Shown piece by piece: positions 25,023 to 36,912 of a stretch of DNA of 64,000 nucleotides. Below the pieces are notes generated by a model. It did not search any database. It was not told where the DNA came from and saw nothing but the letters and a program-made list of their open reading frames with translations. The position numbers and the translations under genes were made by a program. Origin of the DNA: Verrucomicrobiota bacterium (GTDB taxonomy: Bacteria > Verrucomicrobiota > Verrucomicrobiia > Limisphaerales > SXTU01); NCBI GenBank assembly GCA_016871445.1, contig VHDH01000006.1, positions 6,913-70,912 on the forward strand, read 5' to 3'. How positions within the stretch are numbered: position 1 is the first letter of the stretch; every line of letters starts with the position of its first letter.

Positions 25023-25523
25023 ATGAGTACGGAATTAAAATTGCAGGCCCGGTTGGATGGGGAACTCGACGCCCGCGAGGCGCGCGAGATCGATGCCTTG
25101 GTGGAGCAAAATGCGCAGCAAGCCGCCCTAATGCAGGAACTCTCTTGGACCAAGGCCGCCATCGCCGCCGGGGACGTCGAAGTGGCTCTCCCAGAAACCC
25201 GCGAGTTTTACTGGAGCAAGATTGCCCGCGCCATCGAGGCCGAAGAACGCAAGGCCGCCACCGCGGCCCCTGCCGAACGCTCTGGTTGGCTCAAGTTCTT
25301 TTACCCGGCCACGGGTCTGGCCGCCATGGCTGCTGTAATGTTTGTCATCAGCGGCAGCCGCTCGAACGACGGCGTAGACACCGAAAGCGTGCCCGAGGAC
25401 ATGAACGCAGTTAGCTTCCGTTCCGAGGCGGAAAAGATGTCCGTAGTTTATGTGGCTGACGAGTACGGAAGCTTCAGCCCGGTCGGACAGGAAGTTAAAA
25501 ATGAACCTGAAGCCGACAAGTAA
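25023..25523 (+). CDS. Putative single-pass anti-sigma factor
   Basis: MSTELKLQARLDGELDAREAREIDALVEQNAQQAALMQEL is a typical anti-sigma N-terminal helix pattern. One TM: LKFFYPATGLAAMAAVMFVISG. Placed directly downstream of the ECF sigma. GTG at 25005 is an alternative start. Confidence 0.6.
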   Translation: MSTELKLQARLDGELDAREAREIDALVEQNAQQAALMQELSWTKAAIAAGDVEVALPETREFYWSKIARAIEAEERKAATAAPAERSGWLKFFYPATGLAAMAAVMFVISGSRSNDGVDTESVPEDMNAVSFRSEAEKMSVVYVADEYGSFSPVGQEVKNEPEADK

Positions 25524-25968
25524 CCTGTCGCGTTGGCAGATCCTCGTCTTGTTGCTGGGGCTTGGCTGGGGATTCTACCAGTGCACGTATGCTTCAGTGC
25601 CGGCGGAAACCCGTGTGCAAGCCGTACTCGTTTGGGGCACGAACGAAACTCAGCCAACCGGCAAAGGCCTAAAGGAACTGGACACGAAGCTACGGGAGCG
25701 ACTGGCTAACATTTTCAAATGGCGGAACTACCTAGAGGTCAGCCGAAATAATGGTAACGTCACCACCAGCAAGCCTCAAACGCTCAAGTTGAGCGAGGAT
25801 TGCGTGGTGGAGGTCAAAATCCTGCCCGAGAACCTCGCCGAGGTGAAGTTTATCAGCAAAGGGAAAACCATTGCCCGCCGCCATCCTCTTGGCAAAACAG
25901 AGGCGCTGGTTCTAGGCGGCGATGACAAGAATAACACCGCATGGTTTGTGGTGGTTAGCTTCAACTAA
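25501..25968 (+). CDS. Hypothetical secreted/anchored protein, third gene of the ECF sigma unit
   Basis: MNLKPTSNLSRWQILVLLLGLGWGFYQCTYA, then a ~125-aa beta-rich region (VVEVKILPENLAEVKFISKGK...AWFVVVSFN). No family recognised. The ORF track ATG at 25450 would overlap the anti-sigma gene by 74 nt. Confidence 0.5.
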   Translation: MNLKPTSNLSRWQILVLLLGLGWGFYQCTYASVPAETRVQAVLVWGTNETQPTGKGLKELDTKLRERLANIFKWRNYLEVSRNNGNVTTSKPQTLKLSEDCVVEVKILPENLAEVKFISKGKTIARRHPLGKTEALVLGGDDKNNTAWFVVVSFN

Positions 25969-25991
25969 CGGCTCCCCGCTGCCGTTATTTT
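25966..25991 (+). terminator. Weak candidate intrinsic terminator after the ECF unit
   Basis: 7-bp stem TAACGGC / GCCGTTA with an 8-nt loop, followed by TTTT. The stem starts within the stop codon. Confidence 0.3.
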
Positions 25992-26149
25992 AGCTGGTTT
26001 TCCGACTGGCCTTTCCGGCTCTCATTCTTTTCAAAAGTCCAATGTAAACTACGGGCTACCAGCTTGCCTCCCACCGCAAGCGGTTGAATCCAACCGAATT
26101 TTGCGACCCAACTAATAGTATTTCTCGCCGTATTTACGGGCGGAAATAA

Positions 26150-28753
<2,604 letters not shown>

Positions 28754-28783
28754 TCAATTTCACCCTTTTCGCACCGCCCCGAC

Positions 28784-31447
28784 ATGGCTGAAGAAATTAC
28801 TCCCCCTACTCCGCCCGCCCAGCCCACTGGCTCCGCTTACACACAGGGCGAAAAAATCACCAAAATTAACGTCGCCGACGAGATTAAGAACTCGTTCCTC
28901 GACTACTCGATGTCCGTCATCATCTCGCGCGCGTTGCCCGACGTGCGCGACGGCCTCAAGCCCTCGCAGCGCCGCATCCTTTTCGCGATGCATGAGCTGT
29001 CGCTTTTCCCCGGGCGCAAGCATTACAAGTGCGCCAAAATCTGCGGGGACACCTCCGGCAACTACCACCCGCACGGTGAAGCGGTGATTTACCCCACGCT
29101 TGTCCATATGGCGCAACCGTGGGCGATGCGCGAGAAGCTCGTGGACGGCAAAGGCAACTTTGGCTCCGTAGAGGATGACCCGCCCGCCGCGATGCGTTAC
29201 ACCGAGGCGCGCCTCACACATCTCGGCGCGGCGCTGATGTCCGACATGGAGCGGGACACTGTGGACTTCGTCCCGAACTACGATGAGCGGATGACGGAGC
29301 CGACCGTCTTTCCGGCGGCTTTTCCAAACCTGCTGGTCAATGGCGGCACCGGCATCGCGGTCGGCATGGCCACGAACATGCCACCGCATAATCTCGGCGA
29401 AGTCATTGACGGCATCTGCGCGCAGATTGACGACCCCGCCATCACCATTGCGGGCTTGATGAAACACATCAAGGGCCCCGACTTTCCCACCGGTGGCTTC
29501 ATCTGCGGAGTCGAGGGCATCAAGAACTACTTCGAGACCGGGCGTGGCTCCATCAAACTACGGGGTAAGATTGGCAGCGAGGAGTTGCGGGGCAACCGCG
29601 AGCAACTCGTGATCACGGAAATTCCCTTCAATGTAAATCGCGCGGCGCTGGAAGGCAGCATTGCCGACCTCGTCAATGAGAAGATCCTCACTGACATATC
29701 TGCGATGCGCAACGAGTCGGACGAGCACTGCCGCCTCGTCATCGAGTTGAAGCGCGATGCAGTTCCAAAGGTCGTCATCGCCAACCTTTTCCAACACACG
29801 CAGCTTGAAATCTCTTTCAGCGTTAACGCTCTCGCGATTGACCACGGCAAGCCCAAGACGCTGAATCTCAAACAGCTCATTTCAGCTTACGTTGAACATC
29901 GTCGGGAGGTTATTCTTCGCCGCACGCGCTTCGAACTGAATAAAGCCGAGGAGCGCGCTGAACTGCTCGAAGGTTACCTCGTTGCCCTCGCAAACCTTGA
30001 CGAATTCATCCACATCATCCGCAGTAGTGCCAATAAGGAGGAAGCCCGCGTTAAGCTCCTCGCCTTTGAGTGGACACGCGAGCAGGTTGAGCGTTGGGGC
30101 ATTCTCATCCGGCACGAGAGCCAGCTCACCGAGGGACGTTTCGCTCTCAGTGAGCGACAGGTGGATGCCATTCTCGAACTCCGTCTTTACCAACTCACCG
30201 GCTTGGAAATCGACAAGGTCGAAGCCGAATACAAACAGCTCCTCGAGGTCATCAAGGACTTGCTCGACATCCTTGCGAGGGAGTCGCGCGTCATGGCCAT
30301 CATCAAAGCCGAGCTGAAGGCGATTAAAGAGAAGCACGCCACGCCGCGCCTCACGCAGATTGTCCCCGACGAGGGCGAAATCGCTATCGAAGATCTAATC
30401 GCGAACGAGGGCGTCATCATCACCCTCACTCACGCTGGCCTTATCAAGCGCACCGCCGTCTCCGCTTATCGTGCACAGCGCCGGGGCGGCAAGGGCGTCA
30501 TTGGCATGACCACGCGCGAAGCCGACACGCCGGAAGAAAGCGACTTCATCGAACACCTGTTCACCGCTAGCACGCACGACTACCTCATGTTCTTCACGAA
30601 CACCGGCCGCGTGTATGTCGAGCGGGTCCATGAAATCCCCGACATGGGCCGCGCTTCAAAGGGGCGCAGCATCGCCAACCTTCTTGAACTTAAAGCCGAC
30701 GAAAAAATAGCCGCGCTCATCCGCATCCTGTCGAAGACCAACGCGAACAAAGAAGACATAACCTGGCAACAGTCTGGCGAACTGTTTTTCGCCACGCAGC
30801 AGGGCACCGTGAAAAAGACTTCGCTCATCGACTTCGCTAACGTTCGCAAGGGCGGCATTATCGCCATTACGATTGATGCGGGCGACCGGCTGATTGACGT
30901 AAAGCAGACGCGCGGCAATGCGGTGGGCGACGAGGGGGATGACGTAGTACTCATTACCAAGGACGGTATGAGCATCCGTTTCAGCGAGACCGACGTGCGC
31001 TCGATGGGCCGTTCCGCCGCGGGCGTGAAGGGCATCACCTTGGAGAAAGGCGACGAAGTCGTGGCACTCGCCGTGGTCGTGCCCGATGCGGCCCTGCTGG
31101 TGGCCGGCGAAAACGGCATCGGCAAGCGCACCTCCTTCGACGAATACCTCGTGCAAGGCGAGAGCGGCACGCGCAAGCAATCGCGCGGCGGCAAGGGCCG
31201 CATCACAATGAAAGTCGGTGACAAGACCGGCGGCGTAGTGGGCGCACTCACCGTACGCGACGCCGACGAAATCATGCTCATCACCGCCGGCGGACAGATG
31301 GTCCGCACCTTCGTGAAAGACATCCGCGAAGCCGGCCGCAACACGATGGGCGTGAAGCTTGTGAACCTCGATGCCGGCGACAAGCTCCAGGCCATCGCCC
31401 CCGTTATTAGCGAGTCCGCAGGCGACGAGCCGGCCCCGGCTGCCTGA
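28784..31447 (+). CDS. gyrA: DNA gyrase subunit A
   Basis: FLDYSMSVIISRALPDVRDGLKPSQRRILFAM, NYHPHGEAVIYPTLVHMAQ (QRDR region), RYTEARL (catalytic Tyr), and C-terminal beta-pinwheel repeats (GVIGMTTRE, GGIIAITID, GVKGITLEKGD, GVKLVNLDAGD). Confidence 0.97.
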   Translation: MAEEITPPTPPAQPTGSAYTQGEKITKINVADEIKNSFLDYSMSVIISRALPDVRDGLKPSQRRILFAMHELSLFPGRKHYKCAKICGDTSGNYHPHGEAVIYPTLVHMAQPWAMREKLVDGKGNFGSVEDDPPAAMRYTEARLTHLGAALMSDMERDTVDFVPNYDERMTEPTVFPAAFPNLLVNGGTGIAVGMATNMPPHNLGEVIDGICAQIDDPAITIAGLMKHIKGPDFPTGGFICGVEGIKNYFETGRGSIKLRGKIGSEELRGNREQLVITEIPFNVNRAALEGSIADLVNEKILTDISAMRNESDEHCRLVIELKRDAVPKVVIANLFQHTQLEISFSVNALAIDHGKPKTLNLKQLISAYVEHRREVILRRTRFELNKAEERAELLEGYLVALANLDEFIHIIRSSANKEEARVKLLAFEWTREQVERWGILIRHESQLTEGRFALSERQVDAILELRLYQLTGLEIDKVEAEYKQLLEVIKDLLDILARESRVMAIIKAELKAIKEKHATPRLTQIVPDEGEIAIEDLIANEGVIITLTHAGLIKRTAVSAYRAQRRGGKGVIGMTTREADTPEESDFIEHLFTASTHDYLMFFTNTGRVYVERVHEIPDMGRASKGRSIANLLELKADEKIAALIRILSKTNANKEDITWQQSGELFFATQQGTVKKTSLIDFANVRKGGIIAITIDAGDRLIDVKQTRGNAVGDEGDDVVLITKDGMSIRFSETDVRSMGRSAAGVKGITLEKGDEVVALAVVVPDAALLVAGENGIGKRTSFDEYLVQGESGTRKQSRGGKGRITMKVGDKTGGVVGALTVRDADEIMLITAGGQMVRTFVKDIREAGRNTMGVKLVNLDAGDKLQAIAPVISESAGDEPAPAA

Positions 31448-31462
31448 GCCGGCCCGAGTGGC

Positions 31463-32137
31463 CTACTTGTTGTCCGCGCCCGCCGACTGAAGTTTCTCGG
31501 GCAGTTCCGCCAATGGCGTAACCTCGAGTACGTCGTCGAAATACCAAATACGGTTGTCAGCCTTCTTGTGACCCACGATGCGTGCGGGATACTTCACGCC
31601 GGAGGAGTGAGTTTTCCAATCTGAGAAGCGGTGGATGTCGCTCCGCCAGTCAATCCGCGCCAACAAATCCGTGCCCTTCGCGAAGTAGAGTTCCATGGCG
31701 GGCTTCACGGGGCCGCTCACGCGCAAGCCCCACAGCTCAGTCTCACCGTCCTTCATGTCCGGCACCACATCCACCGACGAGCCTGCATCGGTCAACGCGC
31801 GGAGAGTCCACGCCCACACGAGGAAGACCGCCGGTTCATCTTTGCGCTCCGAATAGCCGGCCTGCGTCTTGAGCCACCAGTGCGCAGGCGCATCCAGCAC
31901 GCTCTCGCGCTTCGCGCCAAAGCCGGTGTCCGTAGCCCCAATCAGCACGCGATCCTTGAAGCTAAACCAGCGCAACTGCACCGCCGGACCGCCAATGGCC
32001 GCGATCGCCCGTGCGACGAGAGGCTGCGCGGCCGCGCTGACGACGCCATTGGTGGGAGCCTGAGCGGACTTGGAGTCGGCAGCGGAAACGTGTGCGCCAG
32101 CGAGGGCGCAGAGGAGGAGCAGGCAATTGAGCTTCAT
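31463..32137 (-). CDS. Hypothetical secreted protein
   Basis: 224 aa. Signal MKLNCLLLLCALAGAHVSA. The mature part is beta-rich (WFSFKDRVLIGATDTGFG, FLVWAWTLRAL, ELWGLRVSG, MELYFAKG). No family recognised. Confidence 0.55.
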   Translation of the reverse strand: MKLNCLLLLCALAGAHVSAADSKSAQAPTNGVVSAAAQPLVARAIAAIGGPAVQLRWFSFKDRVLIGATDTGFGAKRESVLDAPAHWWLKTQAGYSERKDEPAVFLVWAWTLRALTDAGSSVDVVPDMKDGETELWGLRVSGPVKPAMELYFAKGTDLLARIDWRSDIHRFSDWKTHSSGVKYPARIVGHKKADNRIWYFDDVLEVTPLAELPEKLQSAGADNK

Positions 32138-32147
32138 GGAGAGTCGT

Positions 32148-33116
32148 TCAGCGGGTGACGATGCCGTTCATGCGCACCACTTCGAAGTCCCGGCCCCGGA
32201 TGCGCTTCAGGGTCGCGATCTGTTCGTCGTTCCAGCGCGGGTCTGGCGCGCCGCTGAGAAACCAGTCGCCTCCGTTGTCCGCGACCATCATCCCGTAGCG
32301 CTTTAAAGCGGTAAGAATGACTTGGGCCAGAGGCGGGAACTTGCTGATGTCCACGCTGGCCTTGAGACGCACTCTCATGCCCATCGGCGGGAGGTTGGCA
32401 TCGGTGTTGCGGCTGGCGAAGTGCGTGGCCGGCGGCACGTAAGCGCGGCGCGAGCGCATGACGGTGAACCGCAGCGCGTGGTGAATGGCCTGCTGCTCCA
32501 TCACCTCGTCATAGCGCACCAAGCCGGGAAAAACCGGCAGCCCGGCGGCGTCCGCTGAGGTCCAGCCGGCAGGCCGCAGCTTATTCGAGTTCAGGTCGAA
32601 AACCGCGCCCGAGCCAGCCTTCCATGTCTTGCCGCCATCCTGCGGGTAGGCGGAAAAGGTTTCGTAAAGTTTCCACGAGTCTCGTTCGATCACGAGCACA
32701 TGGCGGTCGCCCTTCGCTTTGGGTCCACCTTCGATGGGCGCGTCCGGCGGGATCGGATACGGGCCGGGGTCACTCTCGTCCGCATACTCAAAACGCACGG
32801 GCACGCGCAGCTGATTGCTGTCCACGACCACATACGGAATGCCGCTGGGCGCACCCTGCCAGACGGTCCCGAAATCCGGGTGCAACCGTTTGTCTAAGCC
32901 GATGCTAGCGACAAGGGCGTCCGAATTTGCGTCTACGGGGTCGCGCGAAACGTCGCGGTTCCACGGGTTGTCGGCCGGGAATGGCCGACGGCCTTTGAGC
33001 GATACATTCGGCCCAAGCAGAATCGGCTCGGCAGCGACAGCGGCTCTTTGAAACGCCGCCGCCGCGAGCGCACCGATCAGGCGGCGACGGGAGAGGCGGG
33101 GAAAATTCAGTTTCAT
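32148..33116 (-). CDS. Conserved hypothetical exported protein with a twin-arginine-like signal
   Basis: MKLNFPRLSRRRLIGALAAAAFQRAAVA, then NPWNRDVS, IPYVVVD, GDRHVLVIERDSWKLYE, AAGLPVFPGLVRYDEV, IHHALRFTV, PPMGMRVRLKAS, GMMVADNGGDWFLSG. The blocks look well conserved but I cannot name the family. The ORF track opens at 33269; I prefer the ATG at 33116. Confidence 0.6.
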   Translation of the reverse strand: MKLNFPRLSRRRLIGALAAAAFQRAAVAAEPILLGPNVSLKGRRPFPADNPWNRDVSRDPVDANSDALVASIGLDKRLHPDFGTVWQGAPSGIPYVVVDSNQLRVPVRFEYADESDPGPYPIPPDAPIEGGPKAKGDRHVLVIERDSWKLYETFSAYPQDGGKTWKAGSGAVFDLNSNKLRPAGWTSADAAGLPVFPGLVRYDEVMEQQAIHHALRFTVMRSRRAYVPPATHFASRNTDANLPPMGMRVRLKASVDISKFPPLAQVILTALKRYGMMVADNGGDWFLSGAPDPRWNDEQIATLKRIRGRDFEVVRMNGIVTR

Positions 33117-33312
33117 TTTGGGGTTGCGGAAGTGGCGGCCGACGGGCGCGGTCGGGGCGGCAAAAAAAGGCCCGCCAAAAGAGCGAACGCTGGGCAAACG
33201 CGACGCATTTTTTTGGACGGCATGAACTAAGCAAGGAGTCAGAAAGAGTGCAACGCTCGTAAATGTCACTCGACTTGGCCGTCACACTTTCGGACATTCC
33301 CGCGCGCCGAAT

Positions 33313-34209
33313 ATGCACGACGACATCCAGTTCCTCAACCGTCACACGGGCCGCGTGGAGACGGAGCAGGTTTATGGTGAAGGATTCCTCCGCTGGATTT
33401 ACGGCTCGCTCACGGGCCGACTCGCGCTGCACGCGGTCGCCAAGCGCGCGTTTTTCTCCCGCTGGTATGGCTGGCGGATGAGCCGACCGGCCAGCCGCGC
33501 GAAGATCGCGCCGTTCATTCGCAAATTCGGCGTGGACACGGGCGAGTTCTGCGCCCCGCCCGAATCCTTTCGCACTTTCAACGAGTTCTTTTATCGCAAA
33601 CTCAAACCCGGCGCGCGGCCCATCGCGGGCGCGGCGCGGACGGCGGTGTTCCCGGCAGACGGGCGACATCTTGGCTTTCAGGACGTGTCTCTAATGGCGG
33701 GCATTTTTGTGAAGGGAGAGGTCTTTAGCCTCGCTGAGTTGCTACGTGATAACGAGTTGGCCGTGCGCTTCCAGCGCGGCGCGATGGTGCTCTCGCGGCT
33801 TTGTCCGGTGGACTACCATCGTTTTCATTTTCCCGTGAGCGGATTCGCCACCGAACCGCGCCTAATCAATGGCTGGCTTTACTCGGTCAACCCCATCGCG
33901 CTACGGCGAAACATCCACATCTTTACTGAGAACAAACGTGCCCTCACTCGTATCGAGTCGCCGGAGTTTGGTACGGTACTGATGCTCGAGGTAGGTGCGA
34001 CCAACGTCGGCAGCTTTGACTACACCTTCACCCCAAACGCGCAAGTGACGAAAGGCGCAGAGAAGGGCTATTTTAAATTTGGGGGCTCGTCCACTATCAC
34101 GCTCTTTGAGCCAGGCCGCCTACGGCTAGATGCAGATTTGATCACGCAAACGGCCGAACGACGGGAACTTTATGCGCGAATGGGCGAGCAACTTGGTGTC
34201 GCAACATAA
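33313..34209 (+). CDS. psd: Phosphatidylserine decarboxylase proenzyme
   Basis: FNEFFYRKLKPGARPI, PADGRH, LCPVDYHRFHFPVSG, NKRALTRIES, EKGYFKFGGSSTITLF (G-S self-cleavage site in the GGSST block). Confidence 0.9.
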   Translation: MHDDIQFLNRHTGRVETEQVYGEGFLRWIYGSLTGRLALHAVAKRAFFSRWYGWRMSRPASRAKIAPFIRKFGVDTGEFCAPPESFRTFNEFFYRKLKPGARPIAGAARTAVFPADGRHLGFQDVSLMAGIFVKGEVFSLAELLRDNELAVRFQRGAMVLSRLCPVDYHRFHFPVSGFATEPRLINGWLYSVNPIALRRNIHIFTENKRALTRIESPEFGTVLMLEVGATNVGSFDYTFTPNAQVTKGAEKGYFKFGGSSTITLFEPGRLRLDADLITQTAERRELYARMGEQLGVAT

Positions 34210-34426
34210 CCTTACGCAAGGACTAGAAAGCAGCGGGATACCGGTGTGCCCTCACCCCGCAGCCACTGCCAAACGACCTTGCCAAGGAAATAACCCAGCG
34301 AATTGCCGGCGTACAATGTCACCCGAGGGCAAAGCCAAACCTCGGCGACGGAACCTTCGACCTCACTAATGCTACCTGAAATCGCGCTTCCAAATCGCGC
34401 CAGTTTGAGCCATTTTTTCACTGCAA

Positions 34427-34726
34427 ATGAGTGCAGCTAAGGACATGTCTGGGGAAGGGATCATTACCCGTGACCTGATTGTCGCCAACAAGGTCGGCAT
34501 TCATGCCCGGCCCGCCGCGATGTTTGTCAAGATCGCCAGCCGCCACACCTGCGACATTTTTTTGGAAAAGGACGGAGAGAAGATCAACGGCAAAAGTATT
34601 ATGGGCCTGCTCATGCTCGCCGCCGGCCCGGGCAGCCTCCTCAAGCTCGAGGCTAACGGTAAGGACGCCGCTCAGGCCGTTGCGGAGATCGAAGAGTTAT
34701 TTCAGCGGAAGTTTGATGAGGAGTAA
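34427..34726 (+). CDS. ptsH: HPr family phosphocarrier protein
   Basis: LIVANKVGIHARPAAMFVKIASR contains the active-site His. INGKSIMGLLMLAAGPGS contains the regulatory Ser context. The alternative ATG at 34445 gives a more typical length. Confidence 0.9.
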   Translation: MSAAKDMSGEGIITRDLIVANKVGIHARPAAMFVKIASRHTCDIFLEKDGEKINGKSIMGLLMLAAGPGSLLKLEANGKDAAQAVAEIEELFQRKFDEE

Positions 34727-34801
34727 GAATTAGTGCGTGGTGCGTGACCTCTACCAGACGCACTCAGGGCAGCCCCTTGAACAGGGTGGAGGTTGCCGAC
34801 T

Positions 34802-34829
34802 TTGAACCTTGAACTTTGAAGCCTGAACT
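34802..34829 (+). repeat. Four tandem heptamers TTGAACC-TTGAACT-TTGAAGC-CTGAACT, 15 nt upstream of gatC
   Basis: Read directly from the sequence. The TGAA cores at 34803, 34810, 34817 and 34824 are exactly 7 nt apart. An additional TTGAAC lies at 34777-34782. Confidence 0.85.
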
Positions 34830-34843
34830 TTAGCTTCCGCCCC

Positions 34844-35131
34844 GTGTCCGCACCTGACTTTAACATCAAATACGTAGCGCATCTCGCTCGACTAAAACTT
34901 TCGCCCGAGGAGGAGCAGCAGCTCGGCGCGCAACTCGGCCATATTCTCGGCCACATTGAGAAGCTCAAAGAAGTGGACGTGACGGGTGTCGAGCCGACGG
35001 CACACGCCTTCCCGCTTGTGAACGTGTTTCGCACCGACGAGCCGCGTCCCGGTCTGAGCACCGAGGAAGCCCTCCGCAACGCGCCCAAACAATCCAGCGG
35101 CCTCTTCGTTGTGCCCAAGGTCGTCGAGTAA
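34844..35131 (+). CDS. gatC: Asp-tRNA(Asn)/Glu-tRNA(Gln) amidotransferase subunit C
   Basis: 95 aa. [47 protein letters not shown]...[11 protein letters not shown] start. Confidence 0.9.
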   Translation: MSAPDFNIKYVAHLARLKLSPEEEQQLGAQLGHILGHIEKLKEVDVTGVEPTAHAFPLVNVFRTDEPRPGLSTEEALRNAPKQSSGLFVVPKVVE

Positions 35132-35171
35132 CCCGCTGCACCCGTCCGCTTTTTCTGCACCCCGCTTCGCC

Positions 35172-36653
35172 GTGCTCCACCGCCTCACCATTTCCGAACT
35201 CACCGCTCGCCTCGCCCGTCGCGAAGTCTCCGCTCGCGAGGCCATGCAAGCGTGCCTTAATCAGATTGCCGATGTGGATGGCGACATCCGCGCCTTCATC
35301 AGCCACGACCCGGCCGACGCGCTCACCCAAGCAGATGCGGCGGACAAAGCGATTATCGCGGGAGCTGACTTCGCTCGCCAGCCGCTGCTTGGCGTGCCAA
35401 TCGCCCTAAAAGACGTGCTGGCCGTAAAGAACCAGCCGTTAAATTGCTGTTCAAAAATTCTCGGCAACTTCCGCTCACCCTACGACGCAACGGTCGTGGA
35501 GAAACTGAAGGCGGCGGGCGCGCTTATCTTTGGCCGGCTGAACATGGACGAGTTCGCGATGGGCAGCTCGACGGAGAACTCCGCTTTCCAAACCACGCGT
35601 AACCCGTGGGACACCGCACGCATCCCGGGCGGAAGCTCCGGCGGCAGCGCGGCGGCGGTCGCGGCGGACGAATGCATCGCGTCGCTCGGCAGTGACACCG
35701 GCGGTTCTATTCGTCAACCGGCGGCGCTCTGCGGTTGCGTGGGGCTGAAACCAACTTACGGACGCGTCTCGCGTTACGGCCTCGTGGCCTTTGCCAGTTC
35801 ACTTGACCAGATCGGCCCGTTCACCAAGGACGTGCGCGACGCGGCGACCGTGCTCGAAGTCATCAGCGGTCAGGATCAACGCGATGCGACCAGCATCCCG
35901 CAGCCCGTCCCGCCTTACACAAAGGCCTTGACGGGTGACATCAAGGGACTGCGCCTCGGCTTACCGAAGCAGTTTATGGTTGGCGGCCTCGACCCTGAGG
36001 TAAAACGCGCCGTGGATGCCGCCGTCACGCACCTGCAATCCCTCGGGGCCACCGTTCAAGAAGTCTCCCTGCCCCACACCGATCACGATGTCGCAGTTTA
36101 TTACATCATCGCGACAGCGGAGGCCTCCGCCAACCTCGCACGATTTGACGGTGTGCGCTACGGCGCACGCGTGGACGGCGCAGACCCCTTGGAGATGTAT
36201 GGCAACACGCGCGGCGCAGGCTTTGGTGCGGAGGTCAAGCGCCGCATCATCCTCGGCACCTACGTTCTGAGCAGTGGTTACTATGACGCCTACTACCTGC
36301 GCGCGCAGAAAGTCCGCACGCTCATTCGGCGGGACTACCTACGCGCCTTCGAGCAAGTTGATGTTATCGTCGCGCCCACCACGCCCACACCTGCGTTTAA
36401 GGTCGGCGAAAAGTCCGGCGATCCGCTCCAGATGTATCTCTCGGACATCTTCACCATCGGCTGCAACCTTGCCGGCATTCCCGGCCTAAGCCTTCCCTGC
36501 GGCTTCGCGCCTATCGCAAAACCCGGAATGCCGCACGCGAAACTGCCCATCGGCCTACAACTGCTTGGTAAACCCTTCGCCGAGGAAACCATCCTGCGCC
36601 TTGCCCACGCCTACGAGCAAAGCACGCCATGGCACCAGGAACGGGCACTCTGA
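35172..36653 (+). CDS. gatA: Asp-tRNA(Asn)/Glu-tRNA(Gln) amidotransferase subunit A (amidase signature family)
   Basis: [71 protein letters not shown]. The ORF track opens at a TTG at 35109, overlapping gatC. I prefer the GTG at 35172 ([14 protein letters not shown]), so the start is uncertain. Confidence 0.93.
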   Translation: MLHRLTISELTARLARREVSAREAMQACLNQIADVDGDIRAFISHDPADALTQADAADKAIIAGADFARQPLLGVPIALKDVLAVKNQPLNCCSKILGNFRSPYDATVVEKLKAAGALIFGRLNMDEFAMGSSTENSAFQTTRNPWDTARIPGGSSGGSAAAVAADECIASLGSDTGGSIRQPAALCGCVGLKPTYGRVSRYGLVAFASSLDQIGPFTKDVRDAATVLEVISGQDQRDATSIPQPVPPYTKALTGDIKGLRLGLPKQFMVGGLDPEVKRAVDAAVTHLQSLGATVQEVSLPHTDHDVAVYYIIATAEASANLARFDGVRYGARVDGADPLEMYGNTRGAGFGAEVKRRIILGTYVLSSGYYDAYYLRAQKVRTLIRRDYLRAFEQVDVIVAPTTPTPAFKVGEKSGDPLQMYLSDIFTIGCNLAGIPGLSLPCGFAPIAKPGMPHAKLPIGLQLLGKPFAEETILRLAHAYEQSTPWHQERAL

Positions 36654-36912
36654 CCGCTGGCTTTCAATCCATAAGCGACACCTCCCACACCGGAAAACGT
36701 AAGCAACTCACCGAGAGCTCCTAAATTAGTCAGTTGGAAGGCTAGAACCTACCAAGCTCCTGCCGAAGCTGCATGTAATCAGCCTCAAACTTGCGAGGTG
36801 TTTGATGAATAGGGGTCGCTTATTTGACTACCCACCGCCAGCCACTCTATTGCCATTGGCAAGCAGCATTTTTTCCATTCTCTCGCCGCTGCTGCACGAC
36901 TAGCCTGCACCC

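Noticed and set aside
34212-34421. 69-aa minus-strand ORF filling the psd-ptsH spacer
   Set aside because: The composition is odd (Trp/Gly/Leu-rich) and I recognise no homology features. It lies antisense to the likely ptsH promoter region, so I treat it as non-coding, with low certainty.
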